Shown: one piece after another, positions 24,654 to 37,206 of the stretch
Layout of the letters: every line of letters starts with the position of its first letter
How positions within the stretch are numbered: the stretch's first letter is position 1
The notes under the pieces: generated by a model
What the model was told of the DNA's origin: nothing
Seen by the model: the letters and a program-made list of their open reading frames with translations, nothing else
Databases searched by the model: none
Program-made: the position numbers and the translations under genes
Assembly: GCA_012295275.1 (NCBI GenBank)
Contig: CM022668.1
Span: forward strand, 9,362,001 to 9,426,000
From: Chrysomallon squamiferum
Taxonomy: Eukaryota > Animalia > Mollusca
Reading direction: 5' to 3'
DNA length: 64,000 nucleotides

Positions 24654-27600
24654 TTTTCTAACAAATAATAATAAAAAATTGTAATCTGCAGGAAAGCATA
24701 AGATAATTTATTTATTAAAACAATTATTGCAGATGTTCATAAAATTTTGTATTCCTCTTAAAAGTAATTTAATAATTATTACTGGTATAAAATTTAAATA
24801 TTTAATTTTTAAATATTGTTATTGTTACCTTTGTATTACTTTGAGTTTTAAAAGAATAATTTTGTGTGTAATTTATCTGTAGTTGTTAAAATATTTTCTT
24901 TTTATTATTATTCAAAGGGTCTGTAATTTTCTCACTTTCTCTACAAAAAATTCTTAGTTATAATTAATGTTATTTTCATTAGACTTCAATTCTAATTCTG
25001 TTTATTTATTTTTTAATCTGATCTTTATGACTTTGATAGTATTCTTTTATGATTTTTGTTAAACAGCATTCATGTCATTTTATTTTCAAGTCTTTATCCA
25101 GTAACTGATTCAGTTTACAACAACTGTCACCAACATGAACTGTAGATGACCACTGTCACAAGAAATTCAAAATGACAGCACTGATCATGAGATTATTACA
25201 AGATGTATTCTCAGTACTTGCTGATCTCGAGTATACATTCTGTATGCAGTCATGCTGTGGGTTGCTGATTGAGCAAATACCTGTTGAGGTGCAGTTTTGG
25301 ATGAAACATACACACACACTCCTCTCATCTAGGAATCAAATAATAAGGGGCAGCATTGGGGGTGTGGAGTGCAGAAACCAATTCTTCAGTTTGTTGAGGA
25401 ATACAATGGTGTGGGAGTCACTGAATTTTTATCACAATAAGGAATGAAACATTAAGTTGTTTAATAGTGATCCCCAAACTAAACACCATCATGACATTTA
25501 GGCATTTCAGGATCACATTAATGTAAGCTCCTCTTAGTCTCATGGATTTTTTTATAAGCATCCTGTCTCATATATGCCCATCTTGGTCCCAATGAATTTT
25601 AGAAGATTATTGTAATACAAGCCCATCTCAATCTAATGGCATTTCAACAGTACTGAGATTACAAAAGCTCCTGTTGGTCTCAAAGCAGAGGATCATCATA
25701 TCACTGTAGCAGGTTTCATCCTCTGAGCTGTTGAAGCATGTCAAAAAGCGCTGCACTGGCTTGTGATAGGAGCAGCATGTCAAAGCATTATAACAATATT
25801 GCATCATAACATTTCAATCTCAAGACAAAGGAGCATCATGTCATAAGCTTCTTACAGCCTTTAGTCATAGGATACTATCATATCAGCTGACAGCTTGAGA
25901 CTTTTATGAAAACATTGAACTAATATAAGCAGCTACTTACAGCCTTATAACATTAAATGAGCACTGGGCTGGAAATGCTGCACTCAGCTTCTAAATAGCA
26001 CCATATAAGCTGTTCCAGAATCAGGACACAGGAGCACTGTATTGTAAGCTCCTCTCTGGTCAAAGTCACAGGAGTATCTTGTCATATATGTCTTCATGAG
26101 TCTTTAGGAATTGCATAGAAAGGGGTGTTACGTTCTTAACAAAGTTTTTATCTTAGAAAGGTAAAGAAGGTTTAGAGAAGTCCCAGATCTCAAACTGAAT
26201 GAAGTCTCAACTCTTTGTTTTCCATAGCAGCAGTGAAAGGTTTGAAGAAGACTTCATCCATTAAACTTGTGAGCTTGGACAAATTGGGATTGTTAATTTT
26301 AATTTTGGATGTTATGCTTAAAACAACTGGTATCAGAGTGTTTGTGTTTATGACAGTTGTTTGGTTTTGGGTTGTGTTTTTTCTCGTTTTCTTTTTTTTA
26401 TTTCTTTTTTTTTTTTTTTTTTTTTTTCATGTAGTGAAAAAATATCTTTTCAAAATCTTCAGACTTAAAATTAAAAAACAATTAAAAGTTTTTTTTTGTT
26501 CGGGTTTTAAATTTTTGTAATTTTCAACTAGAATTGTAAGTTGAGTAAACAATGATTTTTATTATTTAATTAAAATGTATTTTTGGTGAGATGTATTTTG
26601 AATGATTATGTCCATCTTGGTAAATAATTTTTTTATTTTTTCTTTATTATTGAATAATTAAATGAGTCTTGTTATGTTACATAAAAATACATCAAAGATA
26701 AACAAAAATCCTAGGAAGAGTGACAAAAAAAAAAAAAGGACATATGTGCCTCAGAATCAGAGTATATAATAATAATTTAAAATAAAAAATAAGACGTAAT
26801 AGAAAAAAAAATATAATAATAATAGAAAACAAAAATTAAAAAATAAATAAATTTAATAAATAGTATAAATAGTTTGAACACTGCTGTACTTTTCTCATAC
26901 GACAGGATTTTCAGTATTACTGTTACCAGAGCTGCCTGTTTATCACTTTGAATATCGATAAATAAATGTTCAAATACTATTCTGTATGTCTGTGAGATCT
27001 GTGAAATAGTAATGACTTTGGTAATGATAACATTTTCAGTGAATTTGTACAGTATGTGATTGTTGTGTTTACATAACATATTTTATGTATATTGGTTGTA
27101 CCTAAAATTGAAAAATATAAATGAATAAAAGAAGTGTGTTTGGATAAAACAGTACTGATTTGTTTTGTGTTTGTTTTTTTAAATATCTTTTATATTCGCT
27201 CTCTCGCCATCTCTCTCTCTGTCAGATATCTATCATCAGACATAGTTCCAAAAAGTAAAATATTTTTGGTGGAAATAACAAGAAAAAATAGGAAGATTTG
27301 GGCAAGCTTTTATTTATTTATTCATTTATTTTCATTTATTTTTATTTTTTATTTATTACTGTCTTTTTTCTTCTTTTTTTTAAAATATTTTTATTCATAT
27401 ATTTTTATTTAATTATTATTATTATAATTATTATTATTATTATTATTATTATTTTGGCCCACCTGATTTTCTGATTTCAGATATTAGCTAATTATTACAT
27501 TCTTAATTAATTAACATGATAATTTCAGTTTTAGGTGTGTTTAATCATAGTTCAATATTTGCTTCCAAAATATTTTTAGTCTCAAAAAATAATTATATGT

Positions 27601-28164
27601 ATATTCCCTATTCAGGTATATTGGGTATATGCACAATTATTGTTTGAGACTGAAAACGTTTTGGAATTTTATATATATATAGTCTAAACCTTTGGTTTTG
27701 CTGCTGTTTTGTGAGTGTAAAGGAGGAAAAACAGTTTTCAACAAGCTAATGATGTAGCCAAACAATAACAATTTCTTAAGATGACAATAATACTGTACAT
27801 GCACAATTCTACAGTGCCTGTTTAGACAGCATAAATAAATAAATAAGAAAGTAGAAAGAAGGATACAGATAACTGAAAAGTAAAATATTCAAGGAAAAAA
27901 AAAGCTTAGGCCTGCAATTAAAAAAAAAGAAGAAAATATTAAGGTCGGTGACATCAACACTTACAATTCTGATTTAACTAATATTTTATTGTCTGTGTAA
28001 GGGTATTAACTAGTATCCACTCTCTTCATCATGACAAGTTAGATTTCTATTGATAATTTATACAAAAATAATGAATGCAGTAATTTCCCAACTGGAGCAA
28101 AATTTATTTATTTATTTGCTGAACGAAAGACACATTATCTATTTAATTTGTTGACATAAATTAT

Positions 28165-28973
28165 TCACTTTACTGTAATTGTTGTTGCTTCCGGTTTATA
28201 ACCATGGCGTCTAGGATTAGGATGCAGTCGTTCAACAATTTCGTTGATGTTCTTACTGCGAGCCAAACCACTGACAAGCGGAATTTTCTCCCGTATTTTA
28301 ACCTCATCCAAAAACGGAGGTAATCGTTCGCACCGTTTTGAATCCTCGCTAGCTAACGTAGTCGCTCGAATTCGCTCCACGATAAAGTCCAGTTCTTCCG
28401 GTTTAACGTACGCGTCGTCTGCGTACTCGTAATCCAATGGCACGTCGAGATCGAACTTTGACCTCAACTGGTTTTCGCTGCAGGTGTGACAGTCTTGAAC
28501 GTTTTTCGCTCGGCTGGCAGTAGTCGGTCTCCTCAAACGTTCGAATGCTTTCGTTCTTTCCAGCTGATCTCTTAGCTGCTGCGGTCGGCACTCTTTCGAA
28601 AAGGGGTCTTTCTGCTTCGGCTCGCCGGTGTACACAGTTCGATATATCGACGCCTGCGTGTGTGTCTGCACTCGACGAAAAATTCGCTGTATGTCTCTCT
28701 CGGATATCTGTCTGTTACTTGTGGTCGACGGGATAGCAGTCGCCGAACGTCGTTTGGCACATGCAGAAGGCGTTCGACGTCGGGAGTTATTTTGGCGGAG
28801 AAAGCTGTAGTTGTGCACAAACCGCTGTTCAAGGTCTTTTTGCAGCGTGCTGTTGTACGTCGGCTTTGTAAGACGTTGAACTATCTGCTGCAGTTCGGCT
28901 TCCTCCACCTTCCGGAAACCAAAGGATACCGGAGGAGGGGCACCGGGTCGACTCTGTAATACATGCCGCTCAT
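28165..28973 (-). CDS. Uncharacterised protein of about 270 aa with repeated (I/V)xRLxxPTxAS motifs; single coding exon
   Basis: 247-aa ORF (28908-28165) with coding-like GC content in AT-rich flanks. Acceptor TCTCGCAG| at 28986. The aaaATG at 28973 joins the ORF if one base is added in the G4 run at 28937-28940; alternatively the frame is open back to the acceptor. Confidence 0.75.
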
Positions 28974-30212
28974 TTTGGAAGTTTACCTGCGAGAAATAAA
29001 TAAATATGCGAATAAACCAAACGGATAAAATGTAATTTGTAACATTAACAAAATAACAACAGTAACAGTCACAATAACAACATCAACAATAATAATAAAA
29101 ACAATAAGAACAACTACAACAGCAATGCTAATAATGCAAATTATAATGCTAATAATAATATTAAAAAAAAATAATAAATAAAGTAAATAAATAAAAAAAA
29201 ATAAAAAAAATAAAGAAAAGAAAGAAATAATAATAACAACAACTATAGTTAAGTTTCCAGTTTTACTGTACCTTTAATTTTATACGTCTAAATTTATGTT
29301 CTAACATTTCAAATGCAGCGCAGCATTTAGTAATCACAAATTTTCCGTACCACAGGATAAACTTTAATATTAGAGAGCTGACGATTCACAAAATAATCCT
29401 AACACAAATGTTCGTACCCCTTTAGCATTAAAGCCAAAAATGTTTGATTTGGAGAATAATTTCACTGATGGGAACGTCTATTGCGCAGTTAGTTTCGTCC
29501 ATAACAACAGCCATTGATTACGTCATAATTAAACTTCTGGTTTGTGAATAAAGTGTGACGCAGCAACTTGAATTTAATTTTTATTTTTTATTTTTTTTTT
29601 TTTTTTTTTAAATTGATTTTATCTACATACTATTAAGGTGAGTTTATCTGATTTTACTTCTCGTCCTTTTATTTATTTATTTATTTATTTATTTAGTTAG
29701 TTAGTTTTCATTTGGATAATCACTGCGATAAAGATGAAAATTATTCAGACTCATATTGTTAAATTTAGAATACTTATGATCCTTAATAATAAATAGTAAT
29801 AGTAATAATAATAATAATAAAAAATAAACACATCAAAAGTCTACAAAACTACGAAGAAAATAACTGATTCAGTTAAATCAACAAATAAACCAAGAAACAC
29901 ATAGATAAATATATTTGTTGCAGCACTTTAAATAGCGCAAATGTATAAGAATGAACAGATTATAACATGCCTGAACCGGAGTTTTAATTTTTCCGACGAT
30001 TGTTTAGATTATAGATTTACTTCTGCGGCCATTACAAGAGACTTTGCGGTGAATTGGGTAATTAGTGAACGTATCAGACAGAGGACTCAGTCTCCTAGCT
30101 CCACACCTGTTTGGATTTTCTTGTTTATAAATCGGCTTTAGAAAAGGAAAAAAACGTGACAAATAGGCTTAATATGGCCGAGATTGTGACACGAAGCTTC
30201 AGATAAGAACGT

Positions 30213-30274
<62 letters not shown>

Positions 30275-30382
30275 AAACCTCATGAATATGAATCAAATAT
30301 TATAAAGTCATTTTATTTCTTTGACGCTCTACAAATTTGACTAAAAGATTTTAAAAGAAGATCACCTGAACAGAAATGAATG

Positions 30383-30422
<40 letters not shown>

Positions 30423-30880
30423 TCTTCATTGTTGACTGTATTATTATTATTATTATTACATTAAGTTATATTACATTACACATATACACGTACAGACATA
30501 CACCTATAGCCAATACGTATCTAATAATCACATATTACATACATGCATATAATATCAAACTTTCAGTTATCATATATTTTCTATTCAGCGCTTACCGCAT
30601 TCCGTTTTTTCGTGTCCTGCTCTCTATGTCGACATGTTATTTTAGACTTGTCTTTGTTCAGTTACAGACATATAACATGAATATAAACGAAAATTATATT
30701 ATACCTCGACGCAAGAATGCAAACATTACTTCAGACAGAATGACAGATATTGCCTGTGAGGTAACAGGAGAGCATGGTGTAAAGAATAAAAAAAGTAAAT
30801 TCAAATAAACCGTTCGTGTCAGCTGTTTTAACTGATTATATATACGACGCCATATCAGAAAGAGAAAAAAGTAAAAGTAA

Positions 30881-30937
<57 letters not shown>

Positions 30938-30980
30938 CAGAAAAAGGTTCGAGGCTTGAAAACAATGATACTAGGACAGG

Positions 30981-31011
<31 letters not shown>

Positions 31012-31108
31012 AAAAAATAATAATAAATAAAAAAATAAATATATAAATAAATAAATAAATAAAAAAAAAAAATAAAATAAGCACGTATTAATGGATTTCA
31101 GACCATAT

Positions 31109-31139
<31 letters not shown>

Positions 31140-32371
31140 TTTGTTTATATACTTATTTATTTACGATATTTTGTTTTTCTTTAATGATGTATTTACAGCG
31201 GTTTTTTAATTTTTATTAGGTGGTTATATTACTTTATACTTACTGTACGTGAATCATACAAGGATAGGGAAAGAAATATCTGTACAGTCATGTAGTGTAC
31301 TATCTACATGTTCAGAAATAGGTATATATTGTGACATGTTTTTTCTTGTTGTTATATATTAGTACTCATTAACATAACCATTATCATATTTGTTGTTGGT
31401 TTGATAGGTAATACTATTATTGGTATTGGTGTTACTGTTGTTTTATTATTATAGTTGTAGTTGTTTTTGTTGTTGTTGTTGTTGTTGTTGTTGTTATTGT
31501 TGTTACTATTGTTTTGTTGTTGTTGTTGTTGTTGTTGTTATTATTATTATTAAATTAACCAACATTAAATTGTAAAATTTCAGCGATATATTTATTATGT
31601 GGAATGTTTTAATTTTGATATTCGCAGATAAGAGGTATATCGCTGAAACTGTACACTAAACACAGGTGGTTGTTTTACAGAAGCCAGTGATCTGGAATAA
31701 ACAAATATGGGCTCTTAACAGATGTGGCCGTTAAAAACAGTACAGTTTGTACTCTTGTTTATTTGTTTATTTATTTATTTATTTTTAAACAAAATTCAAA
31801 ATCACAATACCGATTAGCGTGTACTCTATAGGTTAAAACTAATGAAAAAATGTTACCTCTGTATTGCATAATACAGGTCAATATATTCTACATGAAAAAA
31901 ATCTGAATAAACATAAATTTCACATAATTATAGGTGACTGTGTTAAACAGGTTTGAGTTATACACAATTCAGAGATGGAATGTTCTTGACAGAATATTGA
32001 AAATCGAATCTTGTGTTGTTTTATATATTGTGTATAAAACGGGTAACATAATATTTACGTAACCGACAGGTTTACATAATTTAGCGTATTCACAATTGTT
32101 TGTTTATCTTATGGTTTGGGATATAGCATTCTGACAGATCCAAGTGAATATATATCTCTATTTTTTTTTTATGTAAATAAAAGTGGGTATAATTACAAAG
32201 AACGGTCACGAAGAACAAGTAAGTGAAAACGTTCAGACGATGAAAGGAATTGAATATTTGATTTAGAAAATGATTTATGTTGGACAAGCAAACAAACCAA
32301 AGAACTAAATAGAAATACATGAATTAAATAATAATTTTAAATATTACAGCTATAACAACAGTAATAATAAC

Positions 32372-32406
<35 letters not shown>

Positions 32407-32453
32407 AATAAGAAAGAACAACCATTTGAATATTTTCTATAATACTGAGATTT

Positions 32454-32513
<60 letters not shown>

Positions 32514-32699
32514 ATTATTAGATTTTGCTTATTAGAAATGTTCTTTTTTTTTCTCTCATACATATGCACAGACGTTCTATTTATCTATAGAATATAACTA
32601 CAAAAGCATACATACATACGTAAGTATACATATAATTAAATAGACAGAGAAACGCTCTCAAAAATAGACACATATCCATGCACATGCCCTATTATAACG

Positions 32700-32763
<64 letters not shown>

Positions 32764-32954
32764 CATTATTATTATTATAGATATTTTTTTCCTTTTTTTC
32801 TCTCTCTCTCTTTAATTCTGTATACGGCATATCACAAAATATTTCTTTACCAATAACAGAAAAAACAACAACAACAAAACCCCCACCCCACATAATCAAT
32901 CAGAGATGTAATTTCAGTTTCACAGAACATTATAACATATTTAGTTTTGCTTAC

Positions 32955-33180
32955 CTACTACGTAAACAATTTCGTTTTAGAAAAAACAGTTATATATCCA
33001 GTTCTTTTGTCGTGCGGTAACCCAACACTGTCGTCTGCTTTCTCGCGCGCACTCCGCTCGGCCGCTTTCCCCTTCGCGACGCGTTGCTATGGGCGACACA
33101 TTCGTAAGCTACTTTGGGGGCGATTTAGCCTTGATTGTCGCCGTGTCGTGTGAGATAGCCATTTCACTTCGCTGTGCATG
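32955..33180 (-). promoter_or_regulatory. CpG-rich promoter-like island with an RFX X-box-like site and candidate non-coding first exon
   Basis: GC/CpG-rich patch at about 33000-33180, GTTGCTATGGGCGAC at 33083-33097, and a minus-strand donor TAG|GTAAGC at 32955/32954 pointing toward the 28.2-29.0 kb gene. Confidence 0.45.
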
Positions 33181-33374
33181 GAATAAACATAAAAAAACAA
33201 AAAAACAAACAAACAAACAAACAAAAAACAAAAACAAGTTTCTGTATTCACTAGCTCTGTTCAAGTCGGCCGTGTTTACCCACTCGTGAATGTTCGCCCA
33301 TCCAAAACGGTTTCATATCCCGTTTGACTTCAGAGTCCATTGACAGATTTTTATTTTATTATTTTATTTTTTTA

Positions 33375-33438
33375 TTTTATATATATATATATATACACAC
33401 ACCCATATATATATAAATAAATATATATATACACACAC

Positions 33439-33502
<64 letters not shown>

Positions 33503-33612
33503 GTATGTGTATATGTGTTTGTGTTTGTGTGTGTGTGTGTGTGTATGTATATGTATATGTGTATATATATGTATGTATGTATGTATGCATGCATGCATCT
33601 ATGTATGTATGT
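33375..33612. repeat. Compound (TA)n/(TG)n/(TATG)n microsatellite
   Basis: Visible directly. Confidence 0.9.
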
Positions 33613-34626
33613 ATTTAGGAATGAATATTCTATTCTCTTATGTTGTCGGATTAAACCCTGCACATAGACAACATTTATAAAGCTTTCCAATATTATTTTA
33701 GTGACATTAATATAATATTTATATTCTGTTTACAATTAATTCTGAGTCAAATGTATAAAGATCTGTATGTGTATGTGTATATATGTGTGTGTGTCTATAT
33801 ATTTAAATATATAAATATATATGATTGTTTATTTAACACAGTTAGATCAGTTAAGATAAGATGCATACTACATAATCAAATAATTCATTTTTGACATATA
33901 TTGCCCACTAATACTTTTTACCCTTCTTATTTATGACTGATTACAAAGTCATTTTAAAACAACGACTTTGGTAACAAATTATGAATTAAGGCACCAAGAG
34001 TCCCATTTTCTGCGATTAATGATTTACGAAATGTCTTGGACATAAACCTGGATTCTTTATAAATTATACTGGACATTACAACAGGCGTAAATCGGTTTTA
34101 TATTCGTATTTGTTGTGTATATGAAACAGCAAAATATTTTTTATATATACATTTACATTTTGCCCTGTCACAACGCGGTTTTTTTTTTATTAATTTTATT
34201 GTTTTGAACCGAACTCTGTTCATCATATTAAATTTATAGTTCCCAACAATGGCTTCTTTTGGACTTGTTCTTGATTTTACATTTCTCAATTACTGTTTTT
34301 TGTTTTTTTCGATCGCGAATTACAGTATTTTCAACAATCTTTGTTAAATTATGAATTGGTTCATTTTAAGACGTCGTGAATCTTTAAATGCTTCTGGTAA
34401 CTGGAATCATATATGATTTGGACATTATAAAAATCGGTTTTATATTAAATTGTTATTGAAACAGAAAATCCAGTTTTTTTAAATTGTTCCCTCTTGGTTT
34501 TGCCCGGACGATTTGAACACATGTTCCAAAACGTCAGTTTTTGCGCCTTCTTTTTGACGTGTTGATGCCCGCCATTTTTCAAGTCACGTGGTTTGTTTTA
34601 CCGTGAGTCGGGGAAGCAGTGTAAAT

Positions 34627-35745
34627 CAGTGGTTCTCAAAGGGTGTGCCCCACGAAATTCTAGGGTCTAGGTAGATATTTGTGATGATAAAAAACTGATT
34701 ATGTAAAGAGGGGTAAGATATCCAGTAAGAAATAGCCGGCTGCCCGGTCGTTGTAAACTCGTTCTAAACGTGTTTTGGCTGATGAGCAAGCGAGGCTGCT
34801 CAAGGCTGCGCAGTAGTTTACCAGTGACAGTATGAGTGATAGGGAGTGCAGGCTGCACAGTAGTTTACCAGTGACAGTGTAAGTGATAGGGTGTGCAGGC
34901 TGTGCAGTAGTTTACCAGTGACAGTGTGAGTGATAGGGTGTGCAGGCTGCACAGTAGTTTACCAGTGACAGTATCAGTGACAGGGTGTGCAAGTATGATA
35001 AACAGCCAAAGTTTTCTTGTGACACGTATTCCTATCACTGTCACTGTCACTACCCACCTAAAACTTTAACACTTTATGGAATTTTAGCCTATTATAGTGT
35101 TACATTTGTTAAAAGCAAACGATTGATAAAAGTTTTCCCTTCACTGCACAATGGACACCATTAAAAAATATAGCCTTTGTACAGTTTTTAGACATTTTAA
35201 CAGTCCATTGCTTTGTATTTCGTATTACAATATTTTTGAAGAAATTGCCAAAACACGTCAGGCTCATACTTCTCATCAGCACAAAATAGATGATGAATAA
35301 AGGTATATACTCACACAAGGGCGGTAACTCTAAATATATTAGTGAACATCTCTCACACAAGGGCAGTAACTTTAAATATATCAGTGAACATCTCTCATAC
35401 AAGGGCGGTAACTCGAAATATATCAGTGAACATCTCTCACACAAGGGCGGCAACTCTAGATATCAGTGAACATCTCTTACGGAAGAAAAACAAACGGTAC
35501 TCATTTCAGAAAAAGAACCGTTTATACGTGAAATGATGAAGAATCAGACATAGATGTAGACAATGAAGATTACAACCTCAGCAAGCCTGCTCCGCAAAAG
35601 ATTCAGCCGCAATATCCTTCTTTCAGTTATTTCTGTATTGTTTTACATTTTGCATTATATTTCTTAGCATTTTGTGTGTAGTGTGCCCGCAATTTTTTGT
35701 AAGGCTTCAAGTGTGCCCCGACTTCAAAAAGTTTGAGAACCACTG
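34627..35745. mobile_element. Non-autonomous hAT (Buster/Charlie-type) DNA transposon, 1,119 bp
   Basis: Perfect 14-bp TIRs CAGTGGTTCTCAAA / TTTGAGAACCACTG. 8-bp TSD GTGTAAAT (34619-34626, 35746-35753) with central TA. The paralogous region at about 40317-40324 has a single GTGTAAAT, i.e. the empty site. Confidence 0.93.
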
Positions 35746-37140
35746 GTGTAAATGATATCTTGACAACGTACATTATAAAATCAAACCTTTTTTGAACATT
35801 TCTATGCGAAAATACGCCATAAAACAAACATTATTCGCTAAGATGTTTGCATGTTTGTGATGTCTACTCTATTTTGTTTGTAATGTTACGGTATTTATGT
35901 ATTGCACTGTTTACTGTATATGTATTTTTGTATTCTTTATTGTACATGTGCTGTTTTTCTATTTCTTTTCTTTTTTTGTTTTTGTTTTTGTATTTGTGTT
36001 TTTGTTATTGTGTTTTTGTATTGCATATTGTACGTGGCCTTCTTTTTGCTTTTTTAAAAAAAAAAAAAATTGTGTTTGTGTGTATTGATACTGTAATTGT
36101 GTGTTATTCCGTTTTTATATTTTTTGTTATTTATGTGTACTGTTTAGTATATTTGTATTAAATATCGCTGTGCTGTAAAGTCAGTTTTGGATATTTAAGT
36201 TCTGAAATTGTGGAGTTAGGTTTTTGGCACAAACATTTTTTTTTTTTTTTCTTTCCTTTTTCTTTTTAAATTTTCTTAAAGTACTTCAACGATGATAACA
36301 CTTTTCTAGTTCTGACGTTTCTCTATGACCAAGAAAATTCTAATATATGACGTGGTTATACTGACGTCATAAAAAATAAAAATGTTTAAAATTGCATACA
36401 GTTTATGATTACAAAGACAAACAAAATGTTTCCATTACTTCGTATATAATAAGTATTATTTAATCTTCGTAAATTTTTATATATAAATCAGGCACATACA
36501 GTAAGATAAGCAGATCTGCAAAATCTTCTTGCAGCCGTCATTTGAATCAGTTACATCTTCTCTAGTAAGTGAAATCACTTGAAATATGCTGTCGGAAGAC
36601 ATCGAAATCTTAAATACTGAATCAAAAAGTCCTGACAGAGAATGGCAAGGTAAGTTATGACATCTTTATCTCAGAATTAAATTTTAATAAGCAATTTTTA
36701 CTTTTTAAATGTACATTTAGTATGTACCACCAAACATCGGTAAATTTAGTACTAAAATAAAATAACTTAGTGATATTTGACACTACGATCACAGTCTAAA
36801 CTGTTTGTACGTATTCAGAAGAAAAAACAACAACAAAACACTATTCATCAATGAACTATTCTGACAAGACATTTTGTGGTTAGGTTATATAAAACTGTCC
36901 AGTATCATTTTAACTTACCGAATTTTCGTTCCCATGGTCATCTTATCAGTTTGCGTTCAGCCGCGCTTAAAATGTTTGACCTTTTATAAAATCCTAATAT
37001 CGTTATTTTACTGAAGATATTTGACAATTAGAAAGATAAAACTGGAGACAAAAACATCAAATAATAATTTAAAAACAGAAAACAAACAAATAAAAAAAAA
37101 AAATCCCATTAATTAATTAAAAAATAAATAAATAAAAGGA

Positions 37141-37206
<66 letters not shown>

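Noticed and set aside
36435-36462. loxP-like ACTTCGTATA (also about 41238 and 48214)
   Set aside because: Only a partial half-site with no inverted second arm; better explained as a conserved promoter word of the receptor paralogs.
36642-36649. ATG GCA AG as the start micro-exon of the receptors
   Set aside because: Wrong phase (gives an immediate TAA in exon 2); the ATG 56 nt upstream is in frame in copies A-C.
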